A DNA stretch of 62,645 nucleotides from Chlamydiota bacterium. GTDB lineage: Bacteria > Chlamydiota > Chlamydiia > Chlamydiales > 2-12-FULL-49-11. The notes under the pieces are model-generated. The model had not been told where the DNA came from, made no database searches, and saw only the letters and a program-made list of their open reading frames with translations. Position numbers and translations under genes: made by a program. Positions 39,642 to 48,515 of this stretch are shown piece after piece (the stretch's first letter is position 1; each line of letters begins with the position of its first letter). The stretch is taken from positions 1 to 62,645 of the forward strand of contig CANJWO010000003.1 of NCBI GenBank assembly GCA_947478685.1, read 5' to 3'.

Positions 39642-40703
39642 CTATGATTTTATTTCAACCCAGGTGGGGCGAATGCGCTCTCTAGGTATTACGTAGTGGG
39701 TGAAGAAGAAGTCGTTTCTGCTTTGGACTTCAGTAAAGATTTCGTGATAACGGGGGATGTTTACAAAGGAGGCGAGAGGAAGAGCATCCTGGCATGCAGG
39801 AAAGAGAGGGCTAAGGTCTAATTGAGCAGCCATGATTTCAGGTTTATAGACAAAATTGATGAATTTATAAGCGGCATCTACATGTTCTGATTCGGCAGAG
39901 AGGGCAACATTTTCGATAGTTGTGAACAGTCCTTCTTTAGGGAGATAGATTTGAAGGTGAGAAAATTCTGGGTAGTTTTTCCAAAAAAATGAGACTCTTA
40001 GGATGGCTACTGGGCAATCTTCGGTGGAGATCATGTATTGGACTCTATCATCAGTGTACGCTTCGACCCGCTTTTTTTGCTCTTTTAGAAGCTTGATCAC
40101 GTTGTATTCTTCACTTGTGGAAAGGGTGTTTCTGAAACCGTAGAGATAATGGGAAGCAAAATCTAGGGCTTCTACTGGGTCGGCTGTCATGACTACTCTA
40201 GAGTTACCTTCAAAGAGGACTGAAAGAGAAGGTGTGAATGGTGTGTAGAGCTTCTTTTTTTCAAGGGCGAGGCCATAAACTTCCCAGAAATAGGGGATAG
40301 AGAATTGATTTTTTGGGTCGAAGTCTCTGTCCAATAGATAGGGTTCGATACGGTGTAAGAAGTCTAGCTTTTTCTTGTCTAATGGTTTAAGTAGTCCTTT
40401 CTCTCTAAGTTCGGTAACACCATAGTCAGATGGAAAGACAAGATCATAGCCAATCCCTTTAGTATTTTCGAGTTTTAAGATGAGCTCTTCATTGCTTGTG
40501 TAATGATTGACGATCAGTTTGATTCCTGTCTTCTCTTCAAATTTGCGAAAAGTCTCTTCAGGAAAAAAATCGCCCCAGACAAAAATATTGAGTATGTTTT
40601 TATCCTCGGTTTTAGCACAGCTGTAACTTGTAAAATAGGTGGCTAAAAAGAGAGAGAGTGTAATTCCTAGGATATAAAGAGAGCGTACAAAAAATTTCAT
40701 CAA
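39642..40703 (-). CDS. potD: Spermidine/putrescine ABC transporter substrate-binding protein
   Basis: 353 aa with a signal anchor and a PotD/PotF-type periplasmic binding fold. Last gene of the potABCD order. Confidence 0.85.
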   Translation of the reverse strand: MMKFFVRSLYILGITLSLFLATYFTSYSCAKTEDKNILNIFVWGDFFPEETFRKFEEKTGIKLIVNHYTSNEELILKLENTKGIGYDLVFPSDYGVTELREKGLLKPLDKKKLDFLHRIEPYLLDRDFDPKNQFSIPYFWEVYGLALEKKKLYTPFTPSLSVLFEGNSRVVMTADPVEALDFASHYLYGFRNTLSTSEEYNVIKLLKEQKKRVEAYTDDRVQYMISTEDCPVAILRVSFFWKNYPEFSHLQIYLPKEGLFTTIENVALSAESEHVDAAYKFINFVYKPEIMAAQLDLSPLFPACQDALPLASFVNIPRYHEIFTEVQSRNDFFFTHYVIPRERIRPTWVEIKS

Positions 40704-41467
40704 AATAACCTCGCCTCTTTTTTAAAGGAGAAAAAGAGAGCTGCTAATAGAACAATTAAAATCAGTAGGATAGAGGCAAAAGCGTTGACAACAGGAGAGA
40801 TTCCAAACCTGATAGATGCAACTAAAAATAGTGAAAGGGTTTGAGACGAAGTTCCTGAGCAAAAATAGGATAAGACAAAATCATCAAACGAGATGATAAA
40901 AATCATGAGCCCAGCTGCAAAGAGTGTCGGTCTCATTAAAGGGAGAGCCACTTTAAAAAATGTTTGAGATGAGCTTGCTCCTAAAACTCTAGAGGCTTCG
41001 AAAATACGGTGGTCTATCTCAGAAAAACGGATAAAGAGAATGGGTGTTGAAAAACCGAGTCCTAAAACTGTATGGGCGATGATAATAGTCGGAAGTCCAA
41101 GGGGAATATTTGCAAGCGTAAAATAGCTTAAAAGACCTACGCCAAGGACGGTTTCAGGGATGATAAGATTTCCATAGAAAAGAGTGGGCCAATTTCCAAG
41201 GGTTCTAACCCGTGATAAGAGGTAGAGGAGAAACATTGTGAGAATGATGCAGAGGAGTGTTGAAGTTGATGCGACGATAAATGAATTGAAAAAAGATTCC
41301 CAAAGCTCCTGAGATTCGAAAAGCTCTTTGTACCATCTAAGGGTAAAGTTGCCCCAGGGTGCGGGAAATGATTTTGTATTAAATGAAAATGCAATGAGAA
41401 CAAAGAGGGGTAAATAGAGAAATCCAAATACGGTAAATAAGAATAGATTAGGAATGAATCGTTTTAT
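40700..41467 (-). CDS. potC: Spermidine/putrescine ABC transporter permease PotC (no canonical start codon; putative ATA start overlapping the potB stop)
   Basis: The frame is open and PotC-like for 77 codons upstream of the first ATG at 41236 (SIKRFIPNLFLFTVFGFLYLPLFVLIAFSFN...). That stretch contains no ATG, GTG or TTG. The junction with potB reads ATAA. Confidence 0.7.
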   Translation of the reverse strand: MKRFIPNLFLFTVFGFLYLPLFVLIAFSFNTKSFPAPWGNFTLRWYKELFESQELWESFFNSFIVASTSTLLCIILTMFLLYLLSRVRTLGNWPTLFYGNLIIPETVLGVGLLSYFTLANIPLGLPTIIIAHTVLGLGFSTPILFIRFSEIDHRIFEASRVLGASSSQTFFKVALPLMRPTLFAAGLMIFIISFDDFVLSYFCSGTSSQTLSLFLVASIRFGISPVVNAFASILLILIVLLAALFFSFKKEARLF

Positions 41468-42405
41468 GCTCTTCTCGATTTTAGACCCCCAACAAGAATT
41501 TGAGTGATTTTTCCTAAAGCCAGATGTAGAACAACTAAGGAAAGGAGGAGGGCTGTTACGCTGATAACTGTAAAGGCGATGCCGAGCGGGGCTGTATGAT
41601 GATCCATTACGAAAAGAGAGATGACGTTGCCAATAAATAAATCTTTAGATCCGCCCATCAGTTCGGGTATAACGAATTCTCCAAATGCAGGGATGAATAC
41701 TAGATAAATCCCTGAACGTATTGCATTCATGCTTACTGGAATAAGAATTCTTCGAAGGGTCTGGCTCTTATTTGCCCCAAGATCGTAAGAGGCTTCCATG
41801 AGAGAGTTATCAAACCGCTCAAGGGAGGCAAAGATGGGGAGGACCATAAATGGGAGATAAAAATAGACCATCATCAATAGGATTGAAAAGTGGGTGTTTA
41901 AGAAGTGAATTGGATGGGTGATACAGCCAAATTGGATGAGTAGATTGTTTATAAAGCCATGTTTTTCCAATACGAAAAACCAGGCATAAATGTGGAGGAT
42001 GAAGTTTGTCCAGAACGGGATAATGAGGAGAAAGAGGAGGAGATTTTTGAGTCTTCCACTGTGAAATACGATTGAGTAGGCTAGAGGGAACCCAATAAAA
42101 AGACAAATAACTGTTGTGATGAAGCCAAGGGAGAGCGAATTTCTAATCACGCCGAAATAGGTAGGTGTCAGGACAGCTTTAAAATGGTCAATTGTAAACG
42201 ACTCAAAATGTCCCGTTTTTGACAATTTAATAAAGCTAGAAGTAACTAATATTAAAAGGGGGAGATAGAAGAAAAAAAATTGCCAAACAAAAGGGGTCAC
42301 TCCGATAGCAAAGGGGAATTCTTTTTTCAGACGTTTCCAAAAAGCGCTCTTTTTTTTCTCGCTTTTTATGAGTGCGCCAAATTTTTTTTCTACAGCCCCT
42401 GTCAT
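41464..42405 (-). CDS. potB: Spermidine/putrescine ABC transporter permease PotB
   Basis: 313 aa, 6-TM binding-protein-dependent permease with an EAA-like loop (EASYDLGANKSQTLRRILIP). Confidence 0.88.
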   Translation of the reverse strand: MTGAVEKKFGALIKSEKKKSAFWKRLKKEFPFAIGVTPFVWQFFFFYLPLLILVTSSFIKLSKTGHFESFTIDHFKAVLTPTYFGVIRNSLSLGFITTVICLFIGFPLAYSIVFHSGRLKNLLLFLLIIPFWTNFILHIYAWFFVLEKHGFINNLLIQFGCITHPIHFLNTHFSILLMMVYFYLPFMVLPIFASLERFDNSLMEASYDLGANKSQTLRRILIPVSMNAIRSGIYLVFIPAFGEFVIPELMGGSKDLFIGNVISLFVMDHHTAPLGIAFTVISVTALLLSLVVLHLALGKITQILVGGLKSRRA

Positions 42406-42406
42406 T

Positions 42407-43495
42407 TTATCCCTCTAGCAAAATAACGTTTTCTTTTTGCCAAGAGAGGTAGACTTGATCATCATAGTCGATCGTCTCTTGGGGAAAATGCTCCTCATTC
42501 TGTTCAAATACTTGGAGCTTCATTCGATTGTTTAAAATTACTTCGTAGAGTGTCGATCTTCCCGTATAGACAATTGATGAAACAATGCCAGTTAAGGTGT
42601 TTGAGAAATTTTCTACTGGCTTTTTAGATATAAAGATCTTTTCTGGGCGGATGCTCATGATCGCTTCATTTAGTGAGGCTATACGACTATTTTGTGGGTG
42701 AACTATAGTAAAAGTCCCTAAACCTTCAACTTCGAACTTTGCGTCACTCTCTTCGAGAAGTAATTTGCCATCAAAAATATTTGTATTTCCAACAAATTGG
42801 GCAACAAAAGTCGAGTTTGGAAATTCATATATTTGTTTAGGCGTCCCAATTTGAGCAAGCTTGCCATTGGGATTCATAATAGCCATATGGTCAGCTACAG
42901 TAAGAGCCTCAAATTGATCGTGGGTAACGTAGACAAAAGTTGTTAGTAATTTGTCTTGAAGATCGATCAGTTCTATTAGAAGCTTTTCGCGAAGTTTAAA
43001 GTCGAGGGCAGCTAAAGGTTCGTCAAGAAGAAGAACTTCGGGTTCGCTGATGATCGCTCTTGCAATTGCGACCCTTTGTTGTTGCCCGCCTGAAAGCTCT
43101 GAAGGCCTTTTGTTAACATGCTGTTCAAGGTGGAAAGCCTTTAAAAGCTTATAGACCTTATAAGAAATATCTTCTTTATCCCTTTTTTGGATAGTGAGAC
43201 TGTAGGCTACGTTATCAAACACAGAAAGGTGGGGGAATAGGGCATAGTTTTGAAAAACTACATTGATTTTTCTTTTATGGACGGGTTCATTCGTAATATC
43301 GATATTTCCTAGAAAAATTCTCCCAGAATCTACTTTTTCAAGGCCTGCAATCAATCTGAGTAGAGTAGTCTTTCCACAACCTGAGGGACCAAGTAAAGCA
43401 AAAAATTCACCAGAAGGAATTTCTAAAGAAATATTATCAAAAATTACGTTGCCATTCTTTATTTTAGATACATTTTTTAGACAAATATTCCTCAC
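42407..43495 (-). CDS. potA: Spermidine/putrescine ABC transporter ATPase PotA
   Basis: Walker [24 protein letters not shown], and a C-terminal TOBE-like domain. GTG start preceded by GGAGG. Confidence 0.9.
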   Translation of the reverse strand: MRNICLKNVSKIKNGNVIFDNISLEIPSGEFFALLGPSGCGKTTLLRLIAGLEKVDSGRIFLGNIDITNEPVHKRKINVVFQNYALFPHLSVFDNVAYSLTIQKRDKEDISYKVYKLLKAFHLEQHVNKRPSELSGGQQQRVAIARAIISEPEVLLLDEPLAALDFKLREKLLIELIDLQDKLLTTFVYVTHDQFEALTVADHMAIMNPNGKLAQIGTPKQIYEFPNSTFVAQFVGNTNIFDGKLLLEESDAKFEVEGLGTFTIVHPQNSRIASLNEAIMSIRPEKIFISKKPVENFSNTLTGIVSSIVYTGRSTLYEVILNNRMKLQVFEQNEEHFPQETIDYDDQVYLSWQKENVILLEG

Positions 43496-43650
43496 GTAAC
43501 CCCGTACCTCCCTGGTTTCTGAGTTGATTCAATCTATAGCGATTAAGAGCTGCTATTTTCGCGTAATGGAAGCTATTTCCACAATAACTTTTATTGCTTT
43601 TATGGTCTTTTTTCATGATAATTCATTATTTCAAGGTATGTGAGGGATAG

Positions 43651-44622
43651 ATGGATGTTAAACATGTAGTGATTATCGGGTCGGGACCGGCTGCCTGGAC
43701 GGCTGCGCTTTATGCAGCAAGGGCAGAATTAAAACCTATAATATTTACAGGCGTAAATCGCGGAGGCCAGAGAGGGGGGCAGCTTACAACAACTTTTGAA
43801 GTTGAAAACTTTCCGGGCTTTCCTCTTGGCGTGACTGGGCCTGAATTAATTAGGCTAATGGAAGAGCAGGCAAGAAGATTCGACGTAGTTGTTTTTGAAG
43901 AGGATGTTATCGAGATCGATTCTACAAATTCCCCATTTATTGTGAAGGGATCTAGTAACAGTATATTGGCTATGTCAATCATCTTAGCTACAGGGGCTTA
44001 TGCTAAAAAAATGGACGTGCCAGGGAATAAAGAGTTTTGGAATAGGGGGATTAGTGCTTGTGCCGTCTGCGATGGGGCCCTTCCGTTTTTTAGAAATCAA
44101 CCCCTTGCAGTAATTGGAGGTGGAGACTCGGCTTGTGAAGAGGCCCATTTTTTGACAAAGTATGCAAGTCAGGTATATCTAATTGTCCGTAAAGATAAGT
44201 TTAGAGCTTCAAAAATTATGCAAGAGAGGGTGAAATCTCATCCTAAGATTAAAGTTATTTTTAATCATACTTTGGAAGAGGCTATGGGGGCTACCGCTTT
44301 AGAGGCCATTGAAATTGAAGATGTAAATACAGGGGTAAAGCAGACTTTATCTGTAAGAGGTCTTTTTTATGCTATCGGGCATCAACCAAATACTGAAATT
44401 GTTCAGGGAATCATCAATCTTGATAAGGTCGGTTATGCAAAAGTAAAGACTGGCACGACTCACACCTCTTTTCCTGGAATTTTTGCTGCAGGAGATGTAA
44501 GTGATAAGAGATATCGTCAAGCAATCACAGCAGCTGGAATGGGCTGTATGGCTGCTTTAGACGCGGAGAAATGGATTACCGAGAACTCGGAGAAATGGCT
44601 TACACAACAAAATCAAAAATAG
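43651..44622 (+). CDS. trxB: Thioredoxin reductase
   Basis: GSGPAA FAD motif, redox-active CAVCDG, GGGDSA NADPH motif. Confidence 0.93.
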   Translation: MDVKHVVIIGSGPAAWTAALYAARAELKPIIFTGVNRGGQRGGQLTTTFEVENFPGFPLGVTGPELIRLMEEQARRFDVVVFEEDVIEIDSTNSPFIVKGSSNSILAMSIILATGAYAKKMDVPGNKEFWNRGISACAVCDGALPFFRNQPLAVIGGGDSACEEAHFLTKYASQVYLIVRKDKFRASKIMQERVKSHPKIKVIFNHTLEEAMGATALEAIEIEDVNTGVKQTLSVRGLFYAIGHQPNTEIVQGIINLDKVGYAKVKTGTTHTSFPGIFAAGDVSDKRYRQAITAAGMGCMAALDAEKWITENSEKWLTQQNQK

Positions 44623-45419
44623 TAGCCCTTTTTTTAGGAATGGCCGTTCAAGTTTGTGCACTCGAGGAACAACCTTGGTTTCATCCACCGTTTAATTTTC
44701 ATGGAAAGGGGGCAGTGGATGGGAGCTTCTTTACCAATGTAAATAATGGATATAATCCCATTGATTATCATTCTACAAATATTCAGGTGATAGCAGGTCT
44801 CTTAGCTCCTGTCTCGCCTCGCTGGGATGCAGAGATTGAAATTGAGCTCGAAAGCACATCTAAATATAATTTTGGATTCGAAAGCGCGGCTTTCCAAATA
44901 AGAAGGCTTTTTTTGAACGATATTGTAGAAGATTTTGTCAGCTTTGATATCGGCGTTAACGTTCGAGCTGTTCCGGCGCAACGTCTTCACGATGTCGCCG
45001 TTCCCTACCACGATCTTTGGAATTTTGAACTCACAAGCGCCTTAGGTAAGGAGTTTACACAGGAAAATGAATGGCTCTGGAGGACATTTGTCTCTGCAGC
45101 TCTTGGTCAAGCTAACCGCGGCTATCCATGGGTGAAAGCAAATTTTGATATTCGTGCAAAAGCCTTTAAAGATTATATGTTCACAGCCTTTCTAAGAAGT
45201 TATTTTGGTTTGGGTAATCGTACCCTTATCAATGTAAGAGATTTTGATGGCTATGCGTTCTACCGCCACCAAAGCATCGATGTAGGCGCCACATTTACCA
45301 TCTTCTTTAATGCAAGAGGATCACTCACCCTCAGTTATCTGCACCGCTTTCTAGCCAGATCATTCCCCGAAGACTACAACAGCTTCAGACTCACGTACGA
45401 CCTCCCTTTCTCTTTCTAA
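44595..45419 (+). CDS. Putative outer-membrane beta-barrel protein
   Basis: Signal peptide MAYTTKSKIVALFLGMAVQVCA. Alternating beta-strand pattern with a C-terminal ...LPFSF. Start taken at 44595. Confidence 0.55.
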   Translation: MAYTTKSKIVALFLGMAVQVCALEEQPWFHPPFNFHGKGAVDGSFFTNVNNGYNPIDYHSTNIQVIAGLLAPVSPRWDAEIEIELESTSKYNFGFESAAFQIRRLFLNDIVEDFVSFDIGVNVRAVPAQRLHDVAVPYHDLWNFELTSALGKEFTQENEWLWRTFVSAALGQANRGYPWVKANFDIRAKAFKDYMFTAFLRSYFGLGNRTLINVRDFDGYAFYRHQSIDVGATFTIFFNARGSLTLSYLHRFLARSFPEDYNSFRLTYDLPFSF

Positions 45420-45420
45420 A

Positions 45421-45592
45421 TATAGTGAATTAAATTTACATTGATAAGTTTACACAGTATGTGCCCTTGGGTTTCATTAGGCATTAGCCGGCGCTAAAGC
45501 AGGCCGTGTGTTTTCACACGAGCGATGCAAGCGAATGGAACCCAAGGGATACAGACGCAGTAAAATTATCAATGCAAATTTAATTCGCTATA
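45421..45592 (+). mobile_element. MITE-like element family A, copy 2 (complete, 172 bp)
   Basis: 26-bp terminal inverted repeats TATAGTGAATTAAATTTACATTGATA (45421-45446) and TATCAATGCAAATTTAATTCGCTATA (45567-45592), complementary at 24/26. Internal 15-bp stem CCCTTGGGTTTCATT (45464-45478) / AATGGAACCCAAGGG (45534-45548). No coding capacity. Confidence 0.85.
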
Positions 45593-45603
45593 TAAATAAG
45601 AAT

Positions 45604-45704
45604 TTTTACCACAGAGAACACAGAGGCGCTACGCGCAAAGAATTTGTTGTTTTTTCTCCGTGTCCTCTGTGCTCTCTAGAGAGCGCAGCGAACGGGTGGT
45701 TAAA
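45604..45704. repeat. Palindromic repeat family B, copy 2 (inverted relative to copy 1, more degenerate)
   Basis: ACCACAGAGAACACAGAGGCGCTACGCGCAAA ... TCTCCGTGTCCTCTGTGCTCTCT matches the reverse complement of 2615-2695. It lies 11 nt after MITE copy 2. Confidence 0.7.
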
Positions 45705-45729
45705 ATATTTTTCTTATTTTTTATTGGAG

Positions 45730-46110
45730 CTATTGCCCTTTTAGGGCGATGACTGTGGCAGTTGCATAGTGCTTGCAGTGAGATAGGGAGATGTGAAAGG
45801 TTGGATTACCAAAATGGGCAGAGGCTTTTGGACTTAGTTTGACTGTAGGTTTCCCTAAAGGGTCGTTTAGGATTTCGATATCGAGGAAGGCTATATCCTT
45901 TCCAAAGCCAACTCCTAGGGCTTTTACAATAGCCTCTTTGGCGCAAAATCTAACGGTGTAGCGGCTTGAGGGGTCTGAGTAGCGAAGGCAGTACTCTTGC
46001 TCATTTTTTGTGAAGAGTTTGTCGAGAAACTTTTGGCCGTGCTCTTTTAGAACATTCTTGAAACGTTCAATTTCAAGAATGTCAGTGCCAATTCCTGATA
46101 TATTAGTCAT
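45730..46110 (-). CDS. acpS: Holo-ACP synthase
   Basis: GIGTDILEIERF motif. Start taken at 46110 (MTNISGIG...). Confidence 0.88.
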   Translation of the reverse strand: MTNISGIGTDILEIERFKNVLKEHGQKFLDKLFTKNEQEYCLRYSDPSSRYTVRFCAKEAIVKALGVGFGKDIAFLDIEILNDPLGKPTVKLSPKASAHFGNPTFHISLSHCKHYATATVIALKGQ

Positions 46111-47182
46111 GGCTGTCGTAGGCCGGTTGTGGCTCATAAAGAGGTGATCCCTCTTCTACAAGGGCATTAGTAAAGATAATGCGTCCTGCAGAGGTCTGTT
46201 TGACAGAAATTACTTGAGTGTCGATTACTTCACCAATGTAGTCTCCGCCATTATTCACAACAACCATCGTTCCGTCTTCTAAATAGCCAACACCTTGCTT
46301 TGGTTCTTTCCCATAACGCTGAATTTTTATAGTGATTGTGTCGCCTGGAGGGGTAAGTGGTTTAAGAGTGTTAGAGAGAGCGTAAAAATTGATGAATAGA
46401 ATCTCATCATTTGAGGGAGTGTGAGTACGATTTGCGTCAGAAGTCAAAACGTTAGCCTCTAAAAGTCTTGCTAACCGGATCAGTTTCTGCGTGAGGTCTC
46501 TTGTTTCAGGGAAATCGGTCTCACTATACCTTAAGTTAAGGGAAGGCATAGTCTCTAGTTTTTTAAGAATTTCTAGTGATCTTTTAGATCTCGTTTTAAT
46601 TCCTTCATCAGCGCACTCAAAATTGGATTGAAGTTCTTTAATAAGGAATCTTGGGACGATGAGTTGATTATTTAAAATTCCATGAGAACAGAAGTCAATA
46701 ATTCGAGCGTCGGACAGGACAGCAGCATCTAGTAATAAATCTTTTTTTCGGTGGACTGAATGGGAAAATTTAATAAAGGGAATGGTGATATGAAATTCGT
46801 CTGAAAATCTGAAAGCTAAAAGTGTGCCAAGATAGAGGCTGATAAGATAGAAAGAGATTTTTAAAATTTCTACTACCGGTGCATTCAAAGTGAGACTTAG
46901 TGAAGTTGATTGAACAACGGTATCAAAGATTAAAACAAAAGCTTTTCCTAATAAGTATCCAGAAAATAGCCCCACAGTTGCAATATTAAACATTCGCAAA
47001 CTGCATCTTTTAAAAAACATTTCAATTGCTATCAGCAAAAGGGTGAAAGTTCCCCCCAAGCAAAGGCCTGTTAATATCTTCATTGTTAATGAACCAACAG
47101 GATAATGAATCATGTAAGTTGTCATGAAGAACAAGCTGAGAATACTAAATAAGATTCGTGTAAAGACAATTGCTAAGTGCAT
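46103..47182 (-). CDS. PIN/TRAM-domain membrane protein (YacL-like)
   Basis: Four N-terminal TM helices, a PIN-like domain (LLLDAAVLSDARIIDF) and a C-terminal TRAM-like beta domain (ITIKIQRYGKEPKQGVGYLEDGTMVVV). Confidence 0.75.
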   Translation of the reverse strand: MHLAIVFTRILFSILSLFFMTTYMIHYPVGSLTMKILTGLCLGGTFTLLLIAIEMFFKRCSLRMFNIATVGLFSGYLLGKAFVLIFDTVVQSTSLSLTLNAPVVEILKISFYLISLYLGTLLAFRFSDEFHITIPFIKFSHSVHRKKDLLLDAAVLSDARIIDFCSHGILNNQLIVPRFLIKELQSNFECADEGIKTRSKRSLEILKKLETMPSLNLRYSETDFPETRDLTQKLIRLARLLEANVLTSDANRTHTPSNDEILFINFYALSNTLKPLTPPGDTITIKIQRYGKEPKQGVGYLEDGTMVVVNNGGDYIGEVIDTQVISVKQTSAGRIIFTNALVEEGSPLYEPQPAYDSHD

Positions 47183-47234
47183 TTTTACCCCCCTTACGCA
47201 ATATTAAGATTGTAAGAGTAGTAAAGTTATTTGT

Positions 47235-47624
47235 CTATTTATGATATGCAGAACCTTTGAAAATTTCAAAACCTCTATAAATTTGTTCAAGCAAAATAAG
47301 GCGGACCAGTTGATGGGTAAAGGTGAGAGGGGATAGACTAAATTTGAAAGAGGCATTATCAGAAATATTTTTAGGGGGGCCTTCAGGACCACCAATAACA
47401 AAAATATGCCCAGGTTTTGACATTAAAAAAGTTGAAAACTCTTCACTGCTTAGATACTTCCCTTTAACATCGAGGAGGGAATAGTTTTCGTCTTTAACAC
47501 TAAGTTCTTTAGGAAAAACCCACTCTAATTTAGCATCCCGTGTTAAGCGCTTCTCGTATTCAGCAAGGGCGCTCAATAACCAAGGCTCTTTGTGTTTTCC
47601 AGGAGAAATAATCTTGATGCGCAT
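47235..47624 (-). CDS. rlmH: 23S rRNA (pseudouridine1915-N3)-methyltransferase RlmH
   Basis: SPOUT fold with IGGPEGPP and LSPLTFTHQLVRL. Start taken at MRIKIISPGK. Confidence 0.85.
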   Translation of the reverse strand: MRIKIISPGKHKEPWLLSALAEYEKRLTRDAKLEWVFPKELSVKDENYSLLDVKGKYLSSEEFSTFLMSKPGHIFVIGGPEGPPKNISDNASFKFSLSPLTFTHQLVRLILLEQIYRGFEIFKGSAYHK

Positions 47625-47672
47625 CATGACTATCATTATAGTAAGAGAGGAATATTCTTGGTAGGTATAGAT

Positions 47673-48515
47673 ATGTTAGGGTGGATTTTTTGGGATCCGA
47701 GTAGTGAGTTTGTAATCATTCCTTTTGTGAATATCCCTATCACTTGGTACGGGCTGTTGTTCGCTACAGGCTTTTGGCTTGGGTTTCATATGTTTACATA
47801 CATGTTAAAAAATAGACTTGGTTCAAAAGATGCAAATGCTTTTTCAGAAAGGCTCTTGCTCTATATAATTGTAGCGACAATCATCGGTGCACGACTTGGG
47901 CATATCTTTTTCTACGAACATCCGATGGAATACCTAGCCAATCCTATTTCAATTTTTAAAACCTGGGAAGGGGGATTAGCAAGTCACGGCGCCGTCCTTG
48001 CGATTGTATTGGCGGTCCTCATTTTTTCTATTAGAATTAGAAAAGAGTTCCCCGAATTTACCTTTTGGAAAATCCTAGATTACCTCTCAGTTCCTGCAAT
48101 GCTTCTAAGCACTTTGATCCGTGTCGGTAATTTCTTTAATCAAGAAATTTTAGGTGTTTCTACAGATAAGCCATGGGGAATTATCTTTGGCCACCCCGCG
48201 GATGGCGGACTTATTACCCCAAGACACCCAGCTCAGCTCTATGAGGCTGCCTTCTATTTTGCCCTCTTTCTCCTCCTCGCCCATATCTGGTACAGAAAAA
48301 GGGACGAGCTTCTTCCAGGCCGCCTTGCCGGCATCACTCTAGTAAGTGCATTTCTCTTTAGATTTCTCGTCGAATTCATAAAAACAGAGCAAAGCGCCTG
48401 GTTTGACCAGCCTAACGGCTCTCTTCTTATGGGTCAGGTCCTGAGTCTTCCTATTATCGCAATTGGCCTCTATCTCCTAGTCAGAAAAGATAAGAAGTTT
48501 ATTCAATCACACTAG
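47673..48515 (+). CDS. lgt: Prolipoprotein diacylglyceryl transferase
   Basis: YGLLFATGF, GGLASHG, GNFFNQE, HPAQLYEA. Start taken at the ATG at 47673. Confidence 0.9.
   Translation: MLGWIFWDPSSEFVIIPFVNIPITWYGLLFATGFWLGFHMFTYMLKNRLGSKDANAFSERLLLYIIVATIIGARLGHIFFYEHPMEYLANPISIFKTWEGGLASHGAVLAIVLAVLIFSIRIRKEFPEFTFWKILDYLSVPAMLLSTLIRVGNFFNQEILGVSTDKPWGIIFGHPADGGLITPRHPAQLYEAAFYFALFLLLAHIWYRKRDELLPGRLAGITLVSAFLFRFLVEFIKTEQSAWFDQPNGSLLMGQVLSLPIIAIGLYLLVRKDKKFIQSH

Noticed and set aside
41137-41427. Apparent frameshift or pseudogenisation of potC suggested by the two ORF-track entries 40700..41236 and 41137..41427
   Set aside because: Translating the region by hand shows the PotC frame is continuous from 41467 to 40700. 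The 96-aa ORF is in another frame and not protein-like. The real anomaly is the missing start codon, which is reported as a finding.
43464-43616. 50-codon upstream ORF (MKKDHKSNKSYCGNSF...) overlapping the potA Shine-Dalgarno and GTG start, as a possible polyamine-sensing leader peptide
   Set aside because: It has no Shine-Dalgarno sequence of its own and no recognisable arrest motif. In AT-rich intergenic DNA an ORF of this length is not surprising. It is worth a look only if conserved in relatives.
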